DNA of 64,000 nt from the NCBI GenBank assembly GCA_018715495.1, contig DVLO01000008.1, positions 9,394-73,393 of the forward strand, written 5' to 3'. Origin of the DNA: Candidatus Limihabitans stercoravium. Lineage in GTDB: Bacteria > Bacillota > Clostridia > Christensenellales > CAG-314. The position numbers and the translations under genes were made by a program. Under the pieces are notes generated by a model. It saw only the letters and a list, made by a program, of their open reading frames with translations, was not told the origin of the DNA and ran no database searches. Positions 47,779 to 58,772 of this stretch are shown here, piece by piece. Within the stretch, counting starts at the first letter, position 1. The number at the start of each line of letters is the position of its first letter.

Positions 47779-47808
47779 TTGACAGCCTATTGACTGTTGT
47801 GATATCAT
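47779..47808 (+). promoter_or_regulatory. Promoter of S10 operon
   Basis: TTGACA-18bp-TATCAT with extended TG. Confidence 0.6.
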
Positions 47809-47815
47809 ATACAAG

Positions 47816-47996
47816 CTGTGGAATATGGCTTGAAGTGTGAGGTTACTGAGATAACAGAAAACTTACACCTACATAGCATCGCCGGTAAAGAGCGATGTGA
47901 CCGAATCATGGCGTTGGTTGATAAGTGACAAGGCCTGTCAAACTGTCAGTTGATGCAATTTAGGCAAATGAAAATTTGCTTTATAAAAAGCCACAG
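47816..47996 (+). ncRNA. Putative structured S10-operon ribosomal leader
   Basis: CTGTGG/CCACAG closing stem, internal stems GTGTGAG/CTTACAC and CATCGC/GCGATG; lies between promoter and rpsJ. Confidence 0.5.
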
Positions 47997-48069
47997 TATG
48001 ATACACACGGAAGTGTTGTCAGCGAAAAGGGATTCGGCAATAAAATCATATTTATAAGGAGAGAACAAA

Positions 48070-48378
48070 ATGGCTAACCAAAGAATCAGAATTAAGTTGA
48101 AGTCTTACGACCACAATTTAGTCGATCTTGCTTGCACAAAGATTGTGGAAGCTGCAAAGAAGATGGGAAGTACTGTTTCCGGTCCTATCCCACTGCCCAC
48201 AGAAAGGGAAATCGTAACAGTGTTGCGTGCAACTCACAAATATAAGGATGCACGTGAACAATTCGAATTGAGAACTTACAAGCGTTTGATTGACATCTAC
48301 AGTCCCAATGCCAAGACAGTAGACAGCTTGACAAAGCTGGATCTGCCTGCCGGTATCGACGTAAAGATCAAACTGTAA
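48070..48378 (+). CDS. rpsJ: 30S ribosomal protein S10
   Basis: [23 protein letters not shown]. Confidence 0.98.
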   Translation: MANQRIRIKLKSYDHNLVDLACTKIVEAAKKMGSTVSGPIPLPTEREIVTVLRATHKYKDAREQFELRTYKRLIDIYSPNAKTVDSLTKLDLPAGIDVKIKL

Positions 48379-48403
48379 AATACAACGGAGGTGAACTTTA
48401 TCA

Positions 48404-49036
48404 ATGAATAAAGCAATCATAGGAAAGAAGTTGGGCATGACACAGGTGTTCATGCAAGACGGAACAATGGTTCCGGTAACAGTAGTACAGGCAGGACCTT
48501 GCACAGTAGTACAAAAGAAGACTGTTGAAAGAGACGGTTACAGTGCAATTCAGCTTGGTTTCGAAGAAGTAGCTGACAGAAAGCTCAACAAGCCCGAACA
48601 AGGACACTTGAAGAAGGCTAATGCAGGTTCTTTGAAACACCTTAAGGAATTCAAGTTGGACAATGCAGATGCATTGGAACTTGGCGCTAAGATTGAATGT
48701 GACGTATTTGCCGAAGGCGACTTCGTAGACGTAACAGGAACAACTAAAGGTCGTGGTTTCACAGGCGTAATCAAGCGTTGGAACCAAGGCAGATTGAAGG
48801 AAACCCACGGTGTGGGCCCTGTACACAGAGAAGTTGGTTCAATGGGTGCAAACAGCACACCTTCACGTGTATTGCCCGGTAAGCACATGCCCGGTCAGTA
48901 CGGTGTTGAACAAGTAACAGTACTTAACCTTTCCGTAATCAAGGTTGACAAGGAAAGAGGCGTGCTTCTCATCAAGGGTGCTATCCCCGGTGCGAAGAAC
49001 AGCATTGTGTACGTCCGCAATGCCGTTAAGAAATAA
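48404..49036 (+). CDS. rplC: 50S ribosomal protein L3
   Basis: GKKLGMTQ, KGRGFTGVIKRW. Confidence 0.98.
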   Translation: MNKAIIGKKLGMTQVFMQDGTMVPVTVVQAGPCTVVQKKTVERDGYSAIQLGFEEVADRKLNKPEQGHLKKANAGSLKHLKEFKLDNADALELGAKIECDVFAEGDFVDVTGTTKGRGFTGVIKRWNQGRLKETHGVGPVHREVGSMGANSTPSRVLPGKHMPGQYGVEQVTVLNLSVIKVDKERGVLLIKGAIPGAKNSIVYVRNAVKK

Positions 49037-49054
49037 GGATGAAGGAGAAAGAAA

Positions 49055-49678
49055 ATGCAAGTAAAAGTATACAACACATTGGCCCAAGAAGTGGGCAATA
49101 TGACGTTGCACGATGACGTTTTTGGTTGCGAATACAATGAAGCTCTCATTCATCAGGCAATCGTGGCGTATCAGGCAAACCAAAGACAAGGTACAAAAAG
49201 CACATTGACACGTTCCGAAGTACGTGGTGGCGGTATTAAGCCTTGGAGACAAAAGGGCACAGGCCGTGCAAGACAAGGTAGCATCCGTGCTCCTCAATGG
49301 ATCAAGGGTGGCGTTGTTTTCGCTCCGAAGCCACGCGACTTCTCCAAGAAGATCAACAAGAAGATGAAGGCACAAGCATTCCGCAGTGCCATCAGTTACA
49401 AGGTAGCAAACAACGAAATGGTTGTTGTTGACAAGTTCGCTATCGAACAACCCAAGACAAAGTTGGTTGCACAAATCCTTAAAAACTTCAACTACACACA
49501 AAGAACGTTGCTTATCGTTGCCGGCGAACAAGCAGACGTTGTAAGAGCAGGAGCTAACATCGAAAAACTCACAATCGTAGATGCAAGCCTTGCAAACATT
49601 TACCAAATTGTTTCTAACGTAAACGTAATCATTACAGAAGAAGCAGTTAAACAAATTGAGGAGGCATACACACTATGA
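49055..49678 (+). CDS. rplD: 50S ribosomal protein L4
   Basis: KPWRQKGTGRARQGS. Confidence 0.98.
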   Translation: MQVKVYNTLAQEVGNMTLHDDVFGCEYNEALIHQAIVAYQANQRQGTKSTLTRSEVRGGGIKPWRQKGTGRARQGSIRAPQWIKGGVVFAPKPRDFSKKINKKMKAQAFRSAISYKVANNEMVVVDKFAIEQPKTKLVAQILKNFNYTQRTLLIVAGEQADVVRAGANIEKLTIVDASLANIYQIVSNVNVIITEEAVKQIEEAYTL

Positions 49679-49965
49679 ACTCTTACGACATCATCAGACG
49701 TCCGATCTTGACAGAAAAGAGTTACGACGGCATTTCTAACAAGACATATACCTTCGAAGTTGCTAAAAGCGCTAACAAGGTAGAAATCAAGAAGGCTGTT
49801 GAAGAAATCTTCGGCGTAAAGGTAGACAAGGTTGCTACAGCAATCATCAAAGGCAAACTCAAAAGACAGGGCAGAACTCAGGGCTTCACCTCTGATTGGA
49901 AAAAGGCTACGGTTACCCTGAAGAAAGACAGCAAGGCAATCGAATTCTTCGAAAGCTTGTCCTAA
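49675..49965 (+). CDS. rplW: 50S ribosomal protein L23
   Basis: PILTEKS, WKKATVTL. Confidence 0.97.
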   Translation: MNSYDIIRRPILTEKSYDGISNKTYTFEVAKSANKVEIKKAVEEIFGVKVDKVATAIIKGKLKRQGRTQGFTSDWKKATVTLKKDSKAIEFFESLS

Positions 49966-49983
49966 TAGTGGAGGGTAATACAA

Positions 49984-50808
49984 ATGGCTATTAAGAAATA
50001 CAAACCAACCTCACCCGCACGCCGTTTCATGTCGGTGTCGGCTTTTGAGGAAATTACTTGTACAACTCCGGAAAAGAGCCTGCTTGCTACAAAGCAAAAG
50101 ACAGGTGGTAGAAATGCAACCGGACGTATCACTGTAAGACACATCGGCGGCGGAAACCGTATCAAGTACAGAATCATCGACTTCAAGCGTGATAAGCAAG
50201 TTCCTGCTAAGGTTGCTACAATCGAATACGATCCCAACCGTACAGCAAACATTGCATTGCTTCACTACCTTGACGGTGAAAAGAGATACATTCTTGCTCC
50301 CGTAGGTCTGAACGTTGGCGACACAGTTGTTGCTGCTGACAACGCAGACATCAAGGTTGGTAACAATCTTCCTCTTGAATTCATCCCCGTAGGTACAATC
50401 GTACACAACATCGAACTCAACCCCGGTAAGGGCGGTCAGATTGCACGTGCTGCAGGTATCTACGCACAGCTTATGGCTAAGGAAGGCAAGTACGCAACAC
50501 TCAGAATGCCCAGTGGCGAAGTAAGACTTGTGTTGCTCAAGTGCCGTGCTACAATCGGTCAGGTAGGTAACCTTGATCACGAAATCGTATCTGTCGGTAA
50601 GGCAGGTAAGAGCCGTCACATGGGTATCAAGCCTACTGTAAGAGGTAGCGTAATGAACCCCTGCGACCACCCTCATGGTGGTGGTGAAGGTAAGTCACCC
50701 GTTGGACGTCCCGGTCCTGTAACTCCTTGGGGCAAACCTGCTCTTGGTTACAAGACAAGAAAGAAGAAGAAGGCATCCAGCAAATTTATCATCAAGCGTG
50801 TAAACTAA
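49984..50808 (+). CDS. rplB: 50S ribosomal protein L2
   Basis: [19 protein letters not shown]. Confidence 0.98.
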   Translation: MAIKKYKPTSPARRFMSVSAFEEITCTTPEKSLLATKQKTGGRNATGRITVRHIGGGNRIKYRIIDFKRDKQVPAKVATIEYDPNRTANIALLHYLDGEKRYILAPVGLNVGDTVVAADNADIKVGNNLPLEFIPVGTIVHNIELNPGKGGQIARAAGIYAQLMAKEGKYATLRMPSGEVRLVLLKCRATIGQVGNLDHEIVSVGKAGKSRHMGIKPTVRGSVMNPCDHPHGGGEGKSPVGRPGPVTPWGKPALGYKTRKKKKASSKFIIKRVN

Positions 50809-50824
50809 TGGGAGGAATTGATAA

Positions 50825-51103
50825 ATGAGCAGATCAGTTAAAAAAGGACCTTATGTTCAAGCCGTACTTTTGAAAAGAGTACAGGAAATGAACAGCAAGG
50901 GCGAAAAGAAAGTGTTGAAAACATGGTCGAGAAGTTCCACAATCTTCCCTGATTTCGTAGGACACACAATTGCCGTTCACGACGGTAAGAAGCACGTTCC
51001 CGTGTACATCACAGAAGACATGGTAGGATTGAAGTTGGGCGAATTTGCACCGACCAGAACATTCAAGGGTCACGCTGGAAGCAAGTCCAGCTCGGCTAAA
51101 TAG
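50825..51103 (+). CDS. rpsS: 30S ribosomal protein S19
   Basis: [18 protein letters not shown]. Confidence 0.98.
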   Translation: MSRSVKKGPYVQAVLLKRVQEMNSKGEKKVLKTWSRSSTIFPDFVGHTIAVHDGKKHVPVYITEDMVGLKLGEFAPTRTFKGHAGSKSSSAK

Positions 51104-51114
51104 GAGGCATACAA

Positions 51115-51501
51115 ATGGCAACAAGAAGCAAACAAAAAGCAGAAACCCGTAAGGCTAACAAAGATACACGTCCTTACGCTATTGCTAAATACATTCGTAT
51201 TGCACCTTCTAAGGTTCACGTTGTTCTGGACCTCATCCGTGGTAAGAACTACATCGAAGCAGTGGCTATCCTTAAGACAACAAGCAAGGCAGCTTGCGAA
51301 CCTGTACTCAAGGTGCTCAACTCCGCTGCTGCTAACGCAGAAGTAAACAAAGGCATGAACAAGGACGCTCTTTATGTAGCGGAATGCTTTGCAGATCAAG
51401 GTCCTACTCTTAAGAGAGTACAACCTGTTTCCCGTGGCAGAGCATACAGAATCCTTAAGAGAACAAGTCACATCACAGTGATTCTTGACGAAAGAGCGTA
51501 A
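51115..51501 (+). CDS. rplV: 50S ribosomal protein L22
   Basis: SAAANA, GPTLKR, KRTSHIT. Confidence 0.97.
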   Translation: MATRSKQKAETRKANKDTRPYAIAKYIRIAPSKVHVVLDLIRGKNYIEAVAILKTTSKAACEPVLKVLNSAAANAEVNKGMNKDALYVAECFADQGPTLKRVQPVSRGRAYRILKRTSHITVILDERA

Positions 51502-51516
51502 TTAGGAGGCATCAGA

Positions 51517-52194
51517 ATGGGACAAAAAGTTAATCCACACGGACTGAGAGTTGGCGTAATTCAAGGTTGGGATTCCAAGTGGATCGCTAATGGCAAGGAT
51601 TTTGCTAAATATATCAAAGAAGACGACCAAATCAGAACATTCGTTAAGAAAAAGTACTACCAATCCGGAATTTCCAAGATCGTAATCGAAAGAAGTGAAG
51701 GTAAGGTTACAGTAGACATCCACACAGGCAGACCCGGCGTATTGATCGGTAAAGCTGGTGCAGGTGTTGAAGAAATCAAGAAAGATGTTGAAAAGATCGC
51801 TAAGGACAAGACTGTCCACATCAACATCGTTGAAGTAAAGCGTCCTGACATGGATGCACAATTGGTAGCTGAAGGTATCGCTGCTCAATTGGAAAAGCGT
51901 GTTTCCTTCCGTCGTGCTATGCGTCAATTCATGGGCAGAGCAACACGTTCCGGCGCTCTTGGTATCAAGACAATGGTTTCCGGACGTCTTGACGGTGCTG
52001 AAATCGCAAGAACAGAACAATACCACGAAGGTAGCATCCCCCTGCACACATTGCGTGCTGACATCGACTATGGCTACGCTATCGCTAAGACAACTTTCGG
52101 CGTAATCGGCGTTAAGACATGGATCTACAAGGGTGAAATCCTTCCTAAGAAGAAGAGAGCAAACAAGGAGGTAACCGGCAATGTTAATGCCTAA
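51517..52194 (+). CDS. rpsC: 30S ribosomal protein S3
   Basis: [31 protein letters not shown]. Confidence 0.98.
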   Translation: MGQKVNPHGLRVGVIQGWDSKWIANGKDFAKYIKEDDQIRTFVKKKYYQSGISKIVIERSEGKVTVDIHTGRPGVLIGKAGAGVEEIKKDVEKIAKDKTVHINIVEVKRPDMDAQLVAEGIAAQLEKRVSFRRAMRQFMGRATRSGALGIKTMVSGRLDGAEIARTEQYHEGSIPLHTLRADIDYGYAIAKTTFGVIGVKTWIYKGEILPKKKRANKEVTGNVNA

Positions 52195-52615
52195 AAGAGT
52201 TAAAAGACGCCGTCAATTCCGTGGTAGAATGAAGGGCGCTGCACATAAGGGCAACAAGGTTTGCTACGGCGAATACGGTTTGGTTGCATTGGAACCTTCT
52301 TGGATCAAGAGCAATCAGATTGAAGCTGCCCGTGTTGCTATGACACGTTTCATCAAGCGTGGCGGTAAGGTTTGGGTAAACATCTTCCCCCACAAACCAA
52401 TCACAAAGAAACCTGCTGAAACCAGAATGGGTTCCGGTAAAGGTAGTCCCGAATACTGGGTAGCAGTAGTTAAGCCGGGCAGAGTAATGTTCGAAATGTC
52501 CGGTGTTGCTGAAGACGTAGCTCGTGAAGCTTTGCGTCTTGCAAGTCACAAACTTCCCGTTAAGTGCAAGTTTGTTAAAAAAGAAGAGGCGGTGAGTGCA
52601 GATGAAAGCAAGTAA
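52181..52615 (+). CDS. rplP: 50S ribosomal protein L16
   Basis: MLMPKR, RMGSGKG. Confidence 0.98.
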   Translation: MLMPKRVKRRRQFRGRMKGAAHKGNKVCYGEYGLVALEPSWIKSNQIEAARVAMTRFIKRGGKVWVNIFPHKPITKKPAETRMGSGKGSPEYWVAVVKPGRVMFEMSGVAEDVAREALRLASHKLPVKCKFVKKEEAVSADESK

Positions 52616-52805
52616 TATCCGTGAAATGAATAACGAAGAATTGGTTGCTAAGTTGGCTGACCTCAAGAAGGAATTGTTCAACCTGCGTTTGTCGCATGCA
52701 ACCGGACAACTTAACAATCCTCTTGCGCTTCACAATGTCAAGAAGGACATAGCTAAAATCAAGACCGTGCTTCGTGAAAGAGAAATCACGTCGCAAAAAG
52801 CGTAA
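52602..52805 (+). CDS. rpmC: 50S ribosomal protein L29
   Basis: [18 protein letters not shown]; ATG 52602. Confidence 0.96.
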   Translation: MKASNIREMNNEELVAKLADLKKELFNLRLSHATGQLNNPLALHNVKKDIAKIKTVLREREITSQKA

Positions 52806-52820
52806 GGGCGGAGGTAAGTC

Positions 52821-53081
52821 ATGACTATCGAAAGAAATTACAGAAAAGAAAGAGTAGGCGTAGTTGTTTCCGATAAGATGGACAAGACAATCGTTGTTGC
52901 CATCGTAAACAAGTACAAGCACCCTCTTTACAAGAAGACAGTTTCTACAACTAAAAAGTACAAGGTTCACGATGAAGAAAACCAATGCGGTATCGGCGAT
53001 ACAGTAAGAATTGCCGAAACAAGAAAGTTGTCCAAGGACAAGAACTGGAGATTGGTTGAAATCGTTGAAAAGGCTAAGTAA
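52821..53081 (+). CDS. rpsQ: 30S ribosomal protein S17
   Basis: [22 protein letters not shown]. Confidence 0.98.
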   Translation: MTIERNYRKERVGVVVSDKMDKTIVVAIVNKYKHPLYKKTVSTTKKYKVHDEENQCGIGDTVRIAETRKLSKDKNWRLVEIVEKAK

Positions 53082-53098
53082 TAGAGGAGGACAGGACA

Positions 53099-53467
53099 GT
53101 GATTCAACCACAAACAAGATTAAAGGCAGCTGACAACTCAGGTGCAAAAGAACTTATGTGTATCAAAGTGCTGGGCGGTTCCTTCCGTAAATTCGGTAAC
53201 ATCGGCGACATCATCGTAGCAAGCGTCAAGAGTGCAAACCCCGGCGGTATTGTTAAAAAGGGTGACGTTGTAAAGGCTGTTATCGTAAGAAGTGCTACTG
53301 GTGTAAACAGAAAAGACGGCACACACATTCGTTTCGACGACAATGCAGCTGTAATTATTGACAATCAAAAGCAACCACGTGGAACTCGTATTTTTGGACC
53401 TGTGGCTAGAGAGTTGAGAGAGAAGGACTTCATGCGTATCGTTTCTCTTGCTCCGGAAGTGCTTTAA
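53099..53467 (+). CDS. rplN: 50S ribosomal protein L14
   Basis: [22 protein letters not shown]. Confidence 0.98.
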   Translation: MIQPQTRLKAADNSGAKELMCIKVLGGSFRKFGNIGDIIVASVKSANPGGIVKKGDVVKAVIVRSATGVNRKDGTHIRFDDNAAVIIDNQKQPRGTRIFGPVARELREKDFMRIVSLAPEVL

Positions 53468-53482
53468 TAGGAGGACACACGA

Positions 53483-53926
53483 ATGGCAAGTTTGAATATC
53501 AGATCGGGCGACCTTGTTCAATTGCAGGTCGGCGACAGCGAAAATCGCAATAAGAAGGGCAGAGTAATCAGCGTAAATCCCGAAAAGCAGACAGTAACTG
53601 TTGAAGGTTTGCGCATGGTTACAAGACACAGAAAGCCCCGCAACGCTCAGGATAAGGGCGGCAAAATTCAAATTCCAAGCGCTATCAACGTATCCAACGT
53701 AATGCTCGTTTGCCCATCTTGCGGCAAGCCCACACGTGTAAAGCACGTCCTGGGTGAAAAGGGCAAGTACGTAAGAGCGTGCAAGCAATGTGGAGCAGTA
53801 ATCGACGCTAAGGCTGAAAAGAAGCAGGCTAAGGAAGCTAAGAAGACTGCAGCAAAGAAAACCACAGCTAAGAAAACTACAGCTAAGAAGACAGCAACCA
53901 AGAAGGCTGTTGAATCAGCTGAATAA
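53483..53926 (+). CDS. rplX: 50S ribosomal protein L24 with K/A/T-rich C-terminal tail
   Basis: [16 protein letters not shown]; position between rplN and rplE. Confidence 0.95.
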   Translation: MASLNIRSGDLVQLQVGDSENRNKKGRVISVNPEKQTVTVEGLRMVTRHRKPRNAQDKGGKIQIPSAINVSNVMLVCPSCGKPTRVKHVLGEKGKYVRACKQCGAVIDAKAEKKQAKEAKKTAAKKTTAKKTTAKKTATKKAVESAE

Positions 53927-53940
53927 GGAGGAAAGGAGCA

Positions 53941-54513
53941 GTGGCAAAGACTACTACAACAACAGCCGAAAAGGCAGAAAACAGATTGAAGAAACTGTAC
54001 AAAGAAACTGTTGTTCCTCAACTCGTTAAAGAATTCGGTTACAAGAACATCAACGAAGTTCCCAAGCTGGAAAAGATCGTAATCAACTCCGGTCTTGGTG
54101 ACGTTAAAGACAACAGCAAGAGCTTCCAGCTTGCAGTTGAAGAAATCAAGTCCATTGCAGGACAAAAGCCCCTTGTTACCAACAGTAAGCTGTCTGTAGC
54201 TAACTTCAAGGTAAGAAAAGGTATGCCTGTTGGTGCTAAGGTAACATTGAGAAGTGACCGCATGTTTGCGTTCATGGACAAGCTTGTGTCCATCGCTCTT
54301 CCTCGTGTAAGAGACTTCCAAGGTATCCCATCCAACTTTGACGGCAGAGGCAACTATACTCTGGGTATTAAAGAACAACTCATCTTCCCCGAAATCGTTT
54401 ACGATCAAGTGGAAAAGACCAGAGGTTTTGACGTAACCTTCGTAACGACAGCTAAGACTGACGCAGAAGGCAAGGCATTGCTCAAGTATCTTGGAATGCC
54501 TTTCAGAAGTTAA
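53941..54513 (+). CDS. rplE: 50S ribosomal protein L5
   Basis: [21 protein letters not shown]. Confidence 0.98.
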   Translation: MAKTTTTTAEKAENRLKKLYKETVVPQLVKEFGYKNINEVPKLEKIVINSGLGDVKDNSKSFQLAVEEIKSIAGQKPLVTNSKLSVANFKVRKGMPVGAKVTLRSDRMFAFMDKLVSIALPRVRDFQGIPSNFDGRGNYTLGIKEQLIFPEIVYDQVEKTRGFDVTFVTTAKTDAEGKALLKYLGMPFRS

Positions 54514-54526
54514 TTGAGGTGGCAAA

Positions 54527-54712
54527 ATGGCAAAGAAAGCAATGATTAACAAACAGCAAAAGACCCCTAAGTACAGCACAAGAGCTTACACAAGATGTTC
54601 CATCTGCGGACGTCCTCACTCTGTGTTGAGAAAGTACGGTATTTGCAGAATTTGTTTCAGAGAAAAATCTTACAAGGGTGAAATCCCCGGCGTAAAGAAA
54701 GCAAGCTGGTAA
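54527..54712 (+). CDS. rpsZ: 30S ribosomal protein S14, Zn-binding type
   Basis: 61 aa, RCSICGR..CRIC, KKASW. Confidence 0.96.
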   Translation: MAKKAMINKQQKTPKYSTRAYTRCSICGRPHSVLRKYGICRICFREKSYKGEIPGVKKASW

Positions 54713-54726
54713 GGAGGTAGAAAAAC

Positions 54727-55125
54727 ATGGTTGTAACAGATCCTATTGCAGATATGCTCACTCGTATCAGAAATGCTATCACAGCTAAACACGCTGATGT
54801 GGAAATGCCCGCTTCCAAAGCTAAGAAGGCAATCGCCCAAATCCTGTTGGACGAAGGCTACATCGCAGGATACGAAGAAATTGCAAATGAATTGCAAAAT
54901 ACATTGAAAGTAACATTGAAGTACGGCTCCAAGGGTGAAAAGGTTATCACCGGAATCAGACGTATTTCCAAGCCCGGTCTTAGAGTTTACGCTAAGTCCA
55001 ACGAACTTCCCAAGGTGTTGAACGGTCTTGGCATTGCCATCGTTTCCACATCCAAGGGCGTAATGACAGACAAGACAGCAAGAAGCCTCAACATCGGTGG
55101 CGAAGTTCTTGCTTACGTATGGTAA
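54727..55125 (+). CDS. rpsH: 30S ribosomal protein S8
   Basis: [24 protein letters not shown]. Confidence 0.98.
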   Translation: MVVTDPIADMLTRIRNAITAKHADVEMPASKAKKAIAQILLDEGYIAGYEEIANELQNTLKVTLKYGSKGEKVITGIRRISKPGLRVYAKSNELPKVLNGLGIAIVSTSKGVMTDKTARSLNIGGEVLAYVW

Positions 55126-55141
55126 GGAGGATAGATAGACT

Positions 55142-55684
55142 ATGTCAAGAATTGGTAAGAAGCCTATCGTCATTCCACAGGGTGTAACAGCTACTGTTGA
55201 AAACAACACAATCACTGTAAAGGGACCCAAGGGAACACTTACTCGTACGATAGACGCAACAATCGGTTGCGAACTGAAGGAAAATGTACTGACACTTACC
55301 TGTCCTGAAAACGCTTCTAAGGAAATCCAGGCTAAACACGGTCTGTACAGAGCATTGCTCAACAACATGGTTACAGGCGTTCACAACGGATTTACAAGAA
55401 CAGTAATCATCAACGGTGTAGGTTACAAGTCCGCTGTAGCAGGCAACAAACTTACACTCAACATCGGTTTCTCTCACCCTGTTGAAATGATTGCTCCGGA
55501 AGGTATCATATTTACATGCACAACTCCGACAGAAATTGTTGTTGCAGGTTGTGACAAGGAACTGGTTGGACAAACAGCTGCTAACATCAAGGCTAAGCGT
55601 CCTGTTGAACCCTATCATGCATACGGCATCAGATACAAGGAAGAAGTCGTTGTATTGAAGGAAGGCAAGAAGTCAGGTAAGTAA
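55142..55684 (+). CDS. rplF: 50S ribosomal protein L6
   Basis: MSRIGK, KGPKG, GFSHP, EPY..GIRY. Confidence 0.98.
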   Translation: MSRIGKKPIVIPQGVTATVENNTITVKGPKGTLTRTIDATIGCELKENVLTLTCPENASKEIQAKHGLYRALLNNMVTGVHNGFTRTVIINGVGYKSAVAGNKLTLNIGFSHPVEMIAPEGIIFTCTTPTEIVVAGCDKELVGQTAANIKAKRPVEPYHAYGIRYKEEVVVLKEGKKSGK

Positions 55685-55696
55685 GGAGTGTAGAAG

Positions 55697-56059
55697 ATGA
55701 TTAAAAAGATTGATAAAAACGCTGACAGAAGAGTACGTCACGCCAGAGTTAGAAAAAAGGTCTTCGGCACAAGCATCAGACCTCGTCTGTGCGTGTATCG
55801 TAGCACCAGATTTATCTACGCTCAGATAATCGACGATATTTCAGGTAACACATTGGCATCTTCTTCGAGTTTGGCATTGGCTAATTCGTTGGAAGGAAAG
55901 ACCAAGACGGAATCTGCTAAGGCAGTAGGTGCTGACATCGCTAAGAAGGCAATGGAAAAGGGTATCTCCGAAGTTGTTTTCGACCGTGGCGGTTACATCT
56001 ACACCGGCCGTGTTTCTGCATTGGCAGAAGGCGCAAGAGAAGCCGGACTTAAATTCTAA
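55697..56059 (+). CDS. rplR: 50S ribosomal protein L18
   Basis: [18 protein letters not shown]. Confidence 0.98.
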   Translation: MIKKIDKNADRRVRHARVRKKVFGTSIRPRLCVYRSTRFIYAQIIDDISGNTLASSSSLALANSLEGKTKTESAKAVGADIAKKAMEKGISEVVFDRGGYIYTGRVSALAEGAREAGLKF

Positions 56060-56071
56060 CGGAGGTTCACA

Positions 56072-56686
56072 ATGGAAAACGTACAAGAAGTTAAGGTTGA
56101 AGTTGCTGCTGAACAACAGCCTGCAACTCAATCCAGAAAAACTTTTAATAAAGAAGGTCGCCCTGACCGTCGTAATTCCAGACGCAACAACCGTGACAAC
56201 CAACGTGAAGATGACGGTCTGATCAAGAAGACCGTTGACATCAGACGTGTAACCAAGGTTGTTAAGGGCGGTAGAACAATGCGTTTTGCAGCACTTGTTG
56301 TAGTTGGTGACGGCAAGGGTCAGGTAGGCGTAGGCGTAGGCAAGGCTGCTGAAGTACCTCAAGCTATCGAAAAGGCTACACAAAGAGCCAAGAGAGCAAT
56401 GGTAAAGATTGCATTGAAGGATACATCTATTCCTCATGAAACAATCGGTAAATTCAGCCGTGGTAAGGTATTGCTCATGCCCGCTCAGGCAGGTACCGGT
56501 GTTATCGCTGGTGGTCCTGTAAGAAACGTGTTGGAAGCTGTTGGTATCAAGGACATTCGTACAAAGTCCTACGGCAGCAACAACCCCATCAACTGTGTAA
56601 AGGCAACTTTCAACGGATTGCTTACACTTCGTTCGGCAGAACAAATCGCTCAACTTCGTGGTAAGAGCGTTGAAGAAATTCAGTAA
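56072..56686 (+). CDS. rpsE: 30S ribosomal protein S5 (N-terminally extended)
   Basis: [18 protein letters not shown]. Confidence 0.97.
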   Translation: MENVQEVKVEVAAEQQPATQSRKTFNKEGRPDRRNSRRNNRDNQREDDGLIKKTVDIRRVTKVVKGGRTMRFAALVVVGDGKGQVGVGVGKAAEVPQAIEKATQRAKRAMVKIALKDTSIPHETIGKFSRGKVLLMPAQAGTGVIAGGPVRNVLEAVGIKDIRTKSYGSNNPINCVKATFNGLLTLRSAEQIAQLRGKSVEEIQ

Positions 56687-56700
56687 GGAGGAGCGAAGCA

Positions 56701-56994
56701 ATGGCAAATAACGAAGCAACAAAGGCTCCTTTGTACATCAACGGCAAGTATGTCGTAGAAAAGCAATTTAACAACAAGCATGAGGCTGGTTTCCAACCTT
56801 ACGAAAACACAGGCAAGCAAATCAAGGTTACACTTGTAAAGAGTCTGAACGGTTGCCTTGAAAACCAAATCAAGACAGCTAACGCACTGGGTTTGAAGAA
56901 GATCCGCCAAAGCAAGATTCACAATGACAATGCTGCAATCAGAGGCATGATCTTCAAAGTAAAGCACCTTGTTGTTGTTGAAGAAGTTAAGTAA
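56701..56994 (+). CDS. rpmD: 50S ribosomal protein L30 with N-terminal extension
   Basis: [24 protein letters not shown]; located between rpsE and rplO. Confidence 0.92.
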   Translation: MANNEATKAPLYINGKYVVEKQFNNKHEAGFQPYENTGKQIKVTLVKSLNGCLENQIKTANALGLKKIRQSKIHNDNAAIRGMIFKVKHLVVVEEVK

Positions 56995-57005
56995 GGAGGC
57001 CAACA

Positions 57006-57452
57006 ATGAGAATTCATACAATTGAACCCGCTGTAGGTGCAGTTACCACATCTAAGAGACTTGGTAGAGGTATCGGCAGTGGTCTTGGTAAGACCAGTGG
57101 TAAAGGTCACAAGGGACAATGGGCCAGAAGCGGTGGCGGTGTTCGCCCCGGTTTTGAAGGTGGACAAACTCCGCTTGCAAGACGTGTTCCGAAGCGTGGT
57201 TTCAAAAATCACTTTGCAGTAACTTATGATGTAGTAAACCTTTCAGCATTGAATGTATTTGAAGACGGTACCGTAGTAACTCCGGCATTGTTGCTGGACA
57301 TGGGCCTTGTAGCTTCCAAGAACAACGGAGGCATCAAGGTGCTTGGTAACGGTCAACTTACAAAGAAGCTCACAGTTAAGGCTAACAAATTCTCATCATC
57401 CGCTAAAGAAGCTATCGAAGCGGCTGGTGGTACTGCAGAGGTAATTGAATAA
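57006..57452 (+). CDS. rplO: 50S ribosomal protein L15
   Basis: [26 protein letters not shown]. Confidence 0.98.
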   Translation: MRIHTIEPAVGAVTTSKRLGRGIGSGLGKTSGKGHKGQWARSGGGVRPGFEGGQTPLARRVPKRGFKNHFAVTYDVVNLSALNVFEDGTVVTPALLLDMGLVASKNNGGIKVLGNGQLTKKLTVKANKFSSSAKEAIEAAGGTAEVIE

Positions 57453-58771
57453 TGTTTGAAACCATCAGAAATGCCTTCAAAATTAAAGAAGTGCGTCAAA
57501 AGATCTTTATGACAATCCTGTTTGTAATCATTTACAGACTGGGTTGTTACATCCCTGTACCCGGATTTAATGGTATTACCATTGATTCATCGGCCGGTTA
57601 CGGTCTGACATCAGTGCTTGATGCCATCACGGGTAGCGCATTGAGTCAAGGAACAATCTTTGCGCTGGGCATTTCCCCCTACATCAATGCATCAATCATC
57701 ATGCAGTTGCTGACAGTTGCTCTGCCTCCTTTGGAAAGACTTTCCAAGAAGGGTGAAGAAGGCAAGAAAAAGATCAACTTCATCACACGTATTGTAACTC
57801 TTGTTCTTGCAATCGTAAGTGCACTGGGCATTGTTTTGGGTCTGGGTGGCGAAAGCGCCGTAAATGTAAACTTTTTGAGCAATTTGCAAGCAATGCCTAT
57901 CTGGGCTGTGTACAGCTTCATCATTGTAGTGCTTGTTGCAGGTAGCATGCTGTGCATGTGGCTTGGCGAACGTATCACAGAATACGGCGTAAGCAACGGT
58001 ATCTCAATGATCATCTTTGTAGGTATCATTTCTACTGCCGGTCAGGCAATGATCAAGACAATCGTTGGTCACAACTGGATTGAATTGGTAGTATTCCTTG
58101 TATCTATTGTTCTTATCTTCGCATTTATCGTTTGGGTAGATGGCGCAGAAAGAAAGATCAAGGTTCAGTACGCTAAGCAAGTGAAGGGCAACAAGATGTA
58201 TGGCGGACAATCAACCGTCATCCCCATCAAGGTAAACGGATCTGGCGTTATGCCTCTGATTTTTGCCTTCTCTATCTTGAGCTTCCCTTCAATGCTCATC
58301 AGCACATTCTGGGCTGAAGCAGCTACAACACCAGGCACATTTGCTTACTGGTGGACTCAATATCTTGGCACAGGTACAGTTGTTTACACAATCTTCCTGG
58401 CTCTGCTGATTTTGGGATTTGCTTATTTCTATTCTCAAATTCAGTTCAACCCCGTTGAAATCAGCCGTAACATTCAAGGAAACGGCGGTTTCATCCCCGG
58501 TATCAGACCAGGTCGTGAAACAAGTGACTACCTTGCAAAGGTAATCAGCCGTATCACACTGTGGGGTGCAATTTTCCTTGCGTTCATCGCATTGGTACCA
58601 TCCTTGCTGTTCATGATTCCCAGCTGGATCGGAATTGCATCAACAGACACACAACTTATCAACTCGTTCAGCGCAACAGGTATGCTGATCACAGTTTCAG
58701 TAGCTCTTGAATTCAACAGAACTCTTGAAAACCAGATCCTGATGCGTCACTACAAGGGATTTTTGAAATAA
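57452..58771 (+). CDS. secY: Preprotein translocase subunit SecY
   Basis: LGISPYINASII, GNGIS-like SNGIS, FIPGIRPG. Confidence 0.98.
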   Translation: MFETIRNAFKIKEVRQKIFMTILFVIIYRLGCYIPVPGFNGITIDSSAGYGLTSVLDAITGSALSQGTIFALGISPYINASIIMQLLTVALPPLERLSKKGEEGKKKINFITRIVTLVLAIVSALGIVLGLGGESAVNVNFLSNLQAMPIWAVYSFIIVVLVAGSMLCMWLGERITEYGVSNGISMIIFVGIISTAGQAMIKTIVGHNWIELVVFLVSIVLIFAFIVWVDGAERKIKVQYAKQVKGNKMYGGQSTVIPIKVNGSGVMPLIFAFSILSFPSMLISTFWAEAATTPGTFAYWWTQYLGTGTVVYTIFLALLILGFAYFYSQIQFNPVEISRNIQGNGGFIPGIRPGRETSDYLAKVISRITLWGAIFLAFIALVPSLLFMIPSWIGIASTDTQLINSFSATGMLITVSVALEFNRTLENQILMRHYKGFLK

Positions 58772-58772
58772 T

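Noticed and set aside
47142-47814. ORFs 47142-47399, 47189-47500, 47572-47814 and 47611-47793
   Set aside because: No RBS, compositionally biased products that reflect G/T skew, and they overlap the repeat and promoter region.
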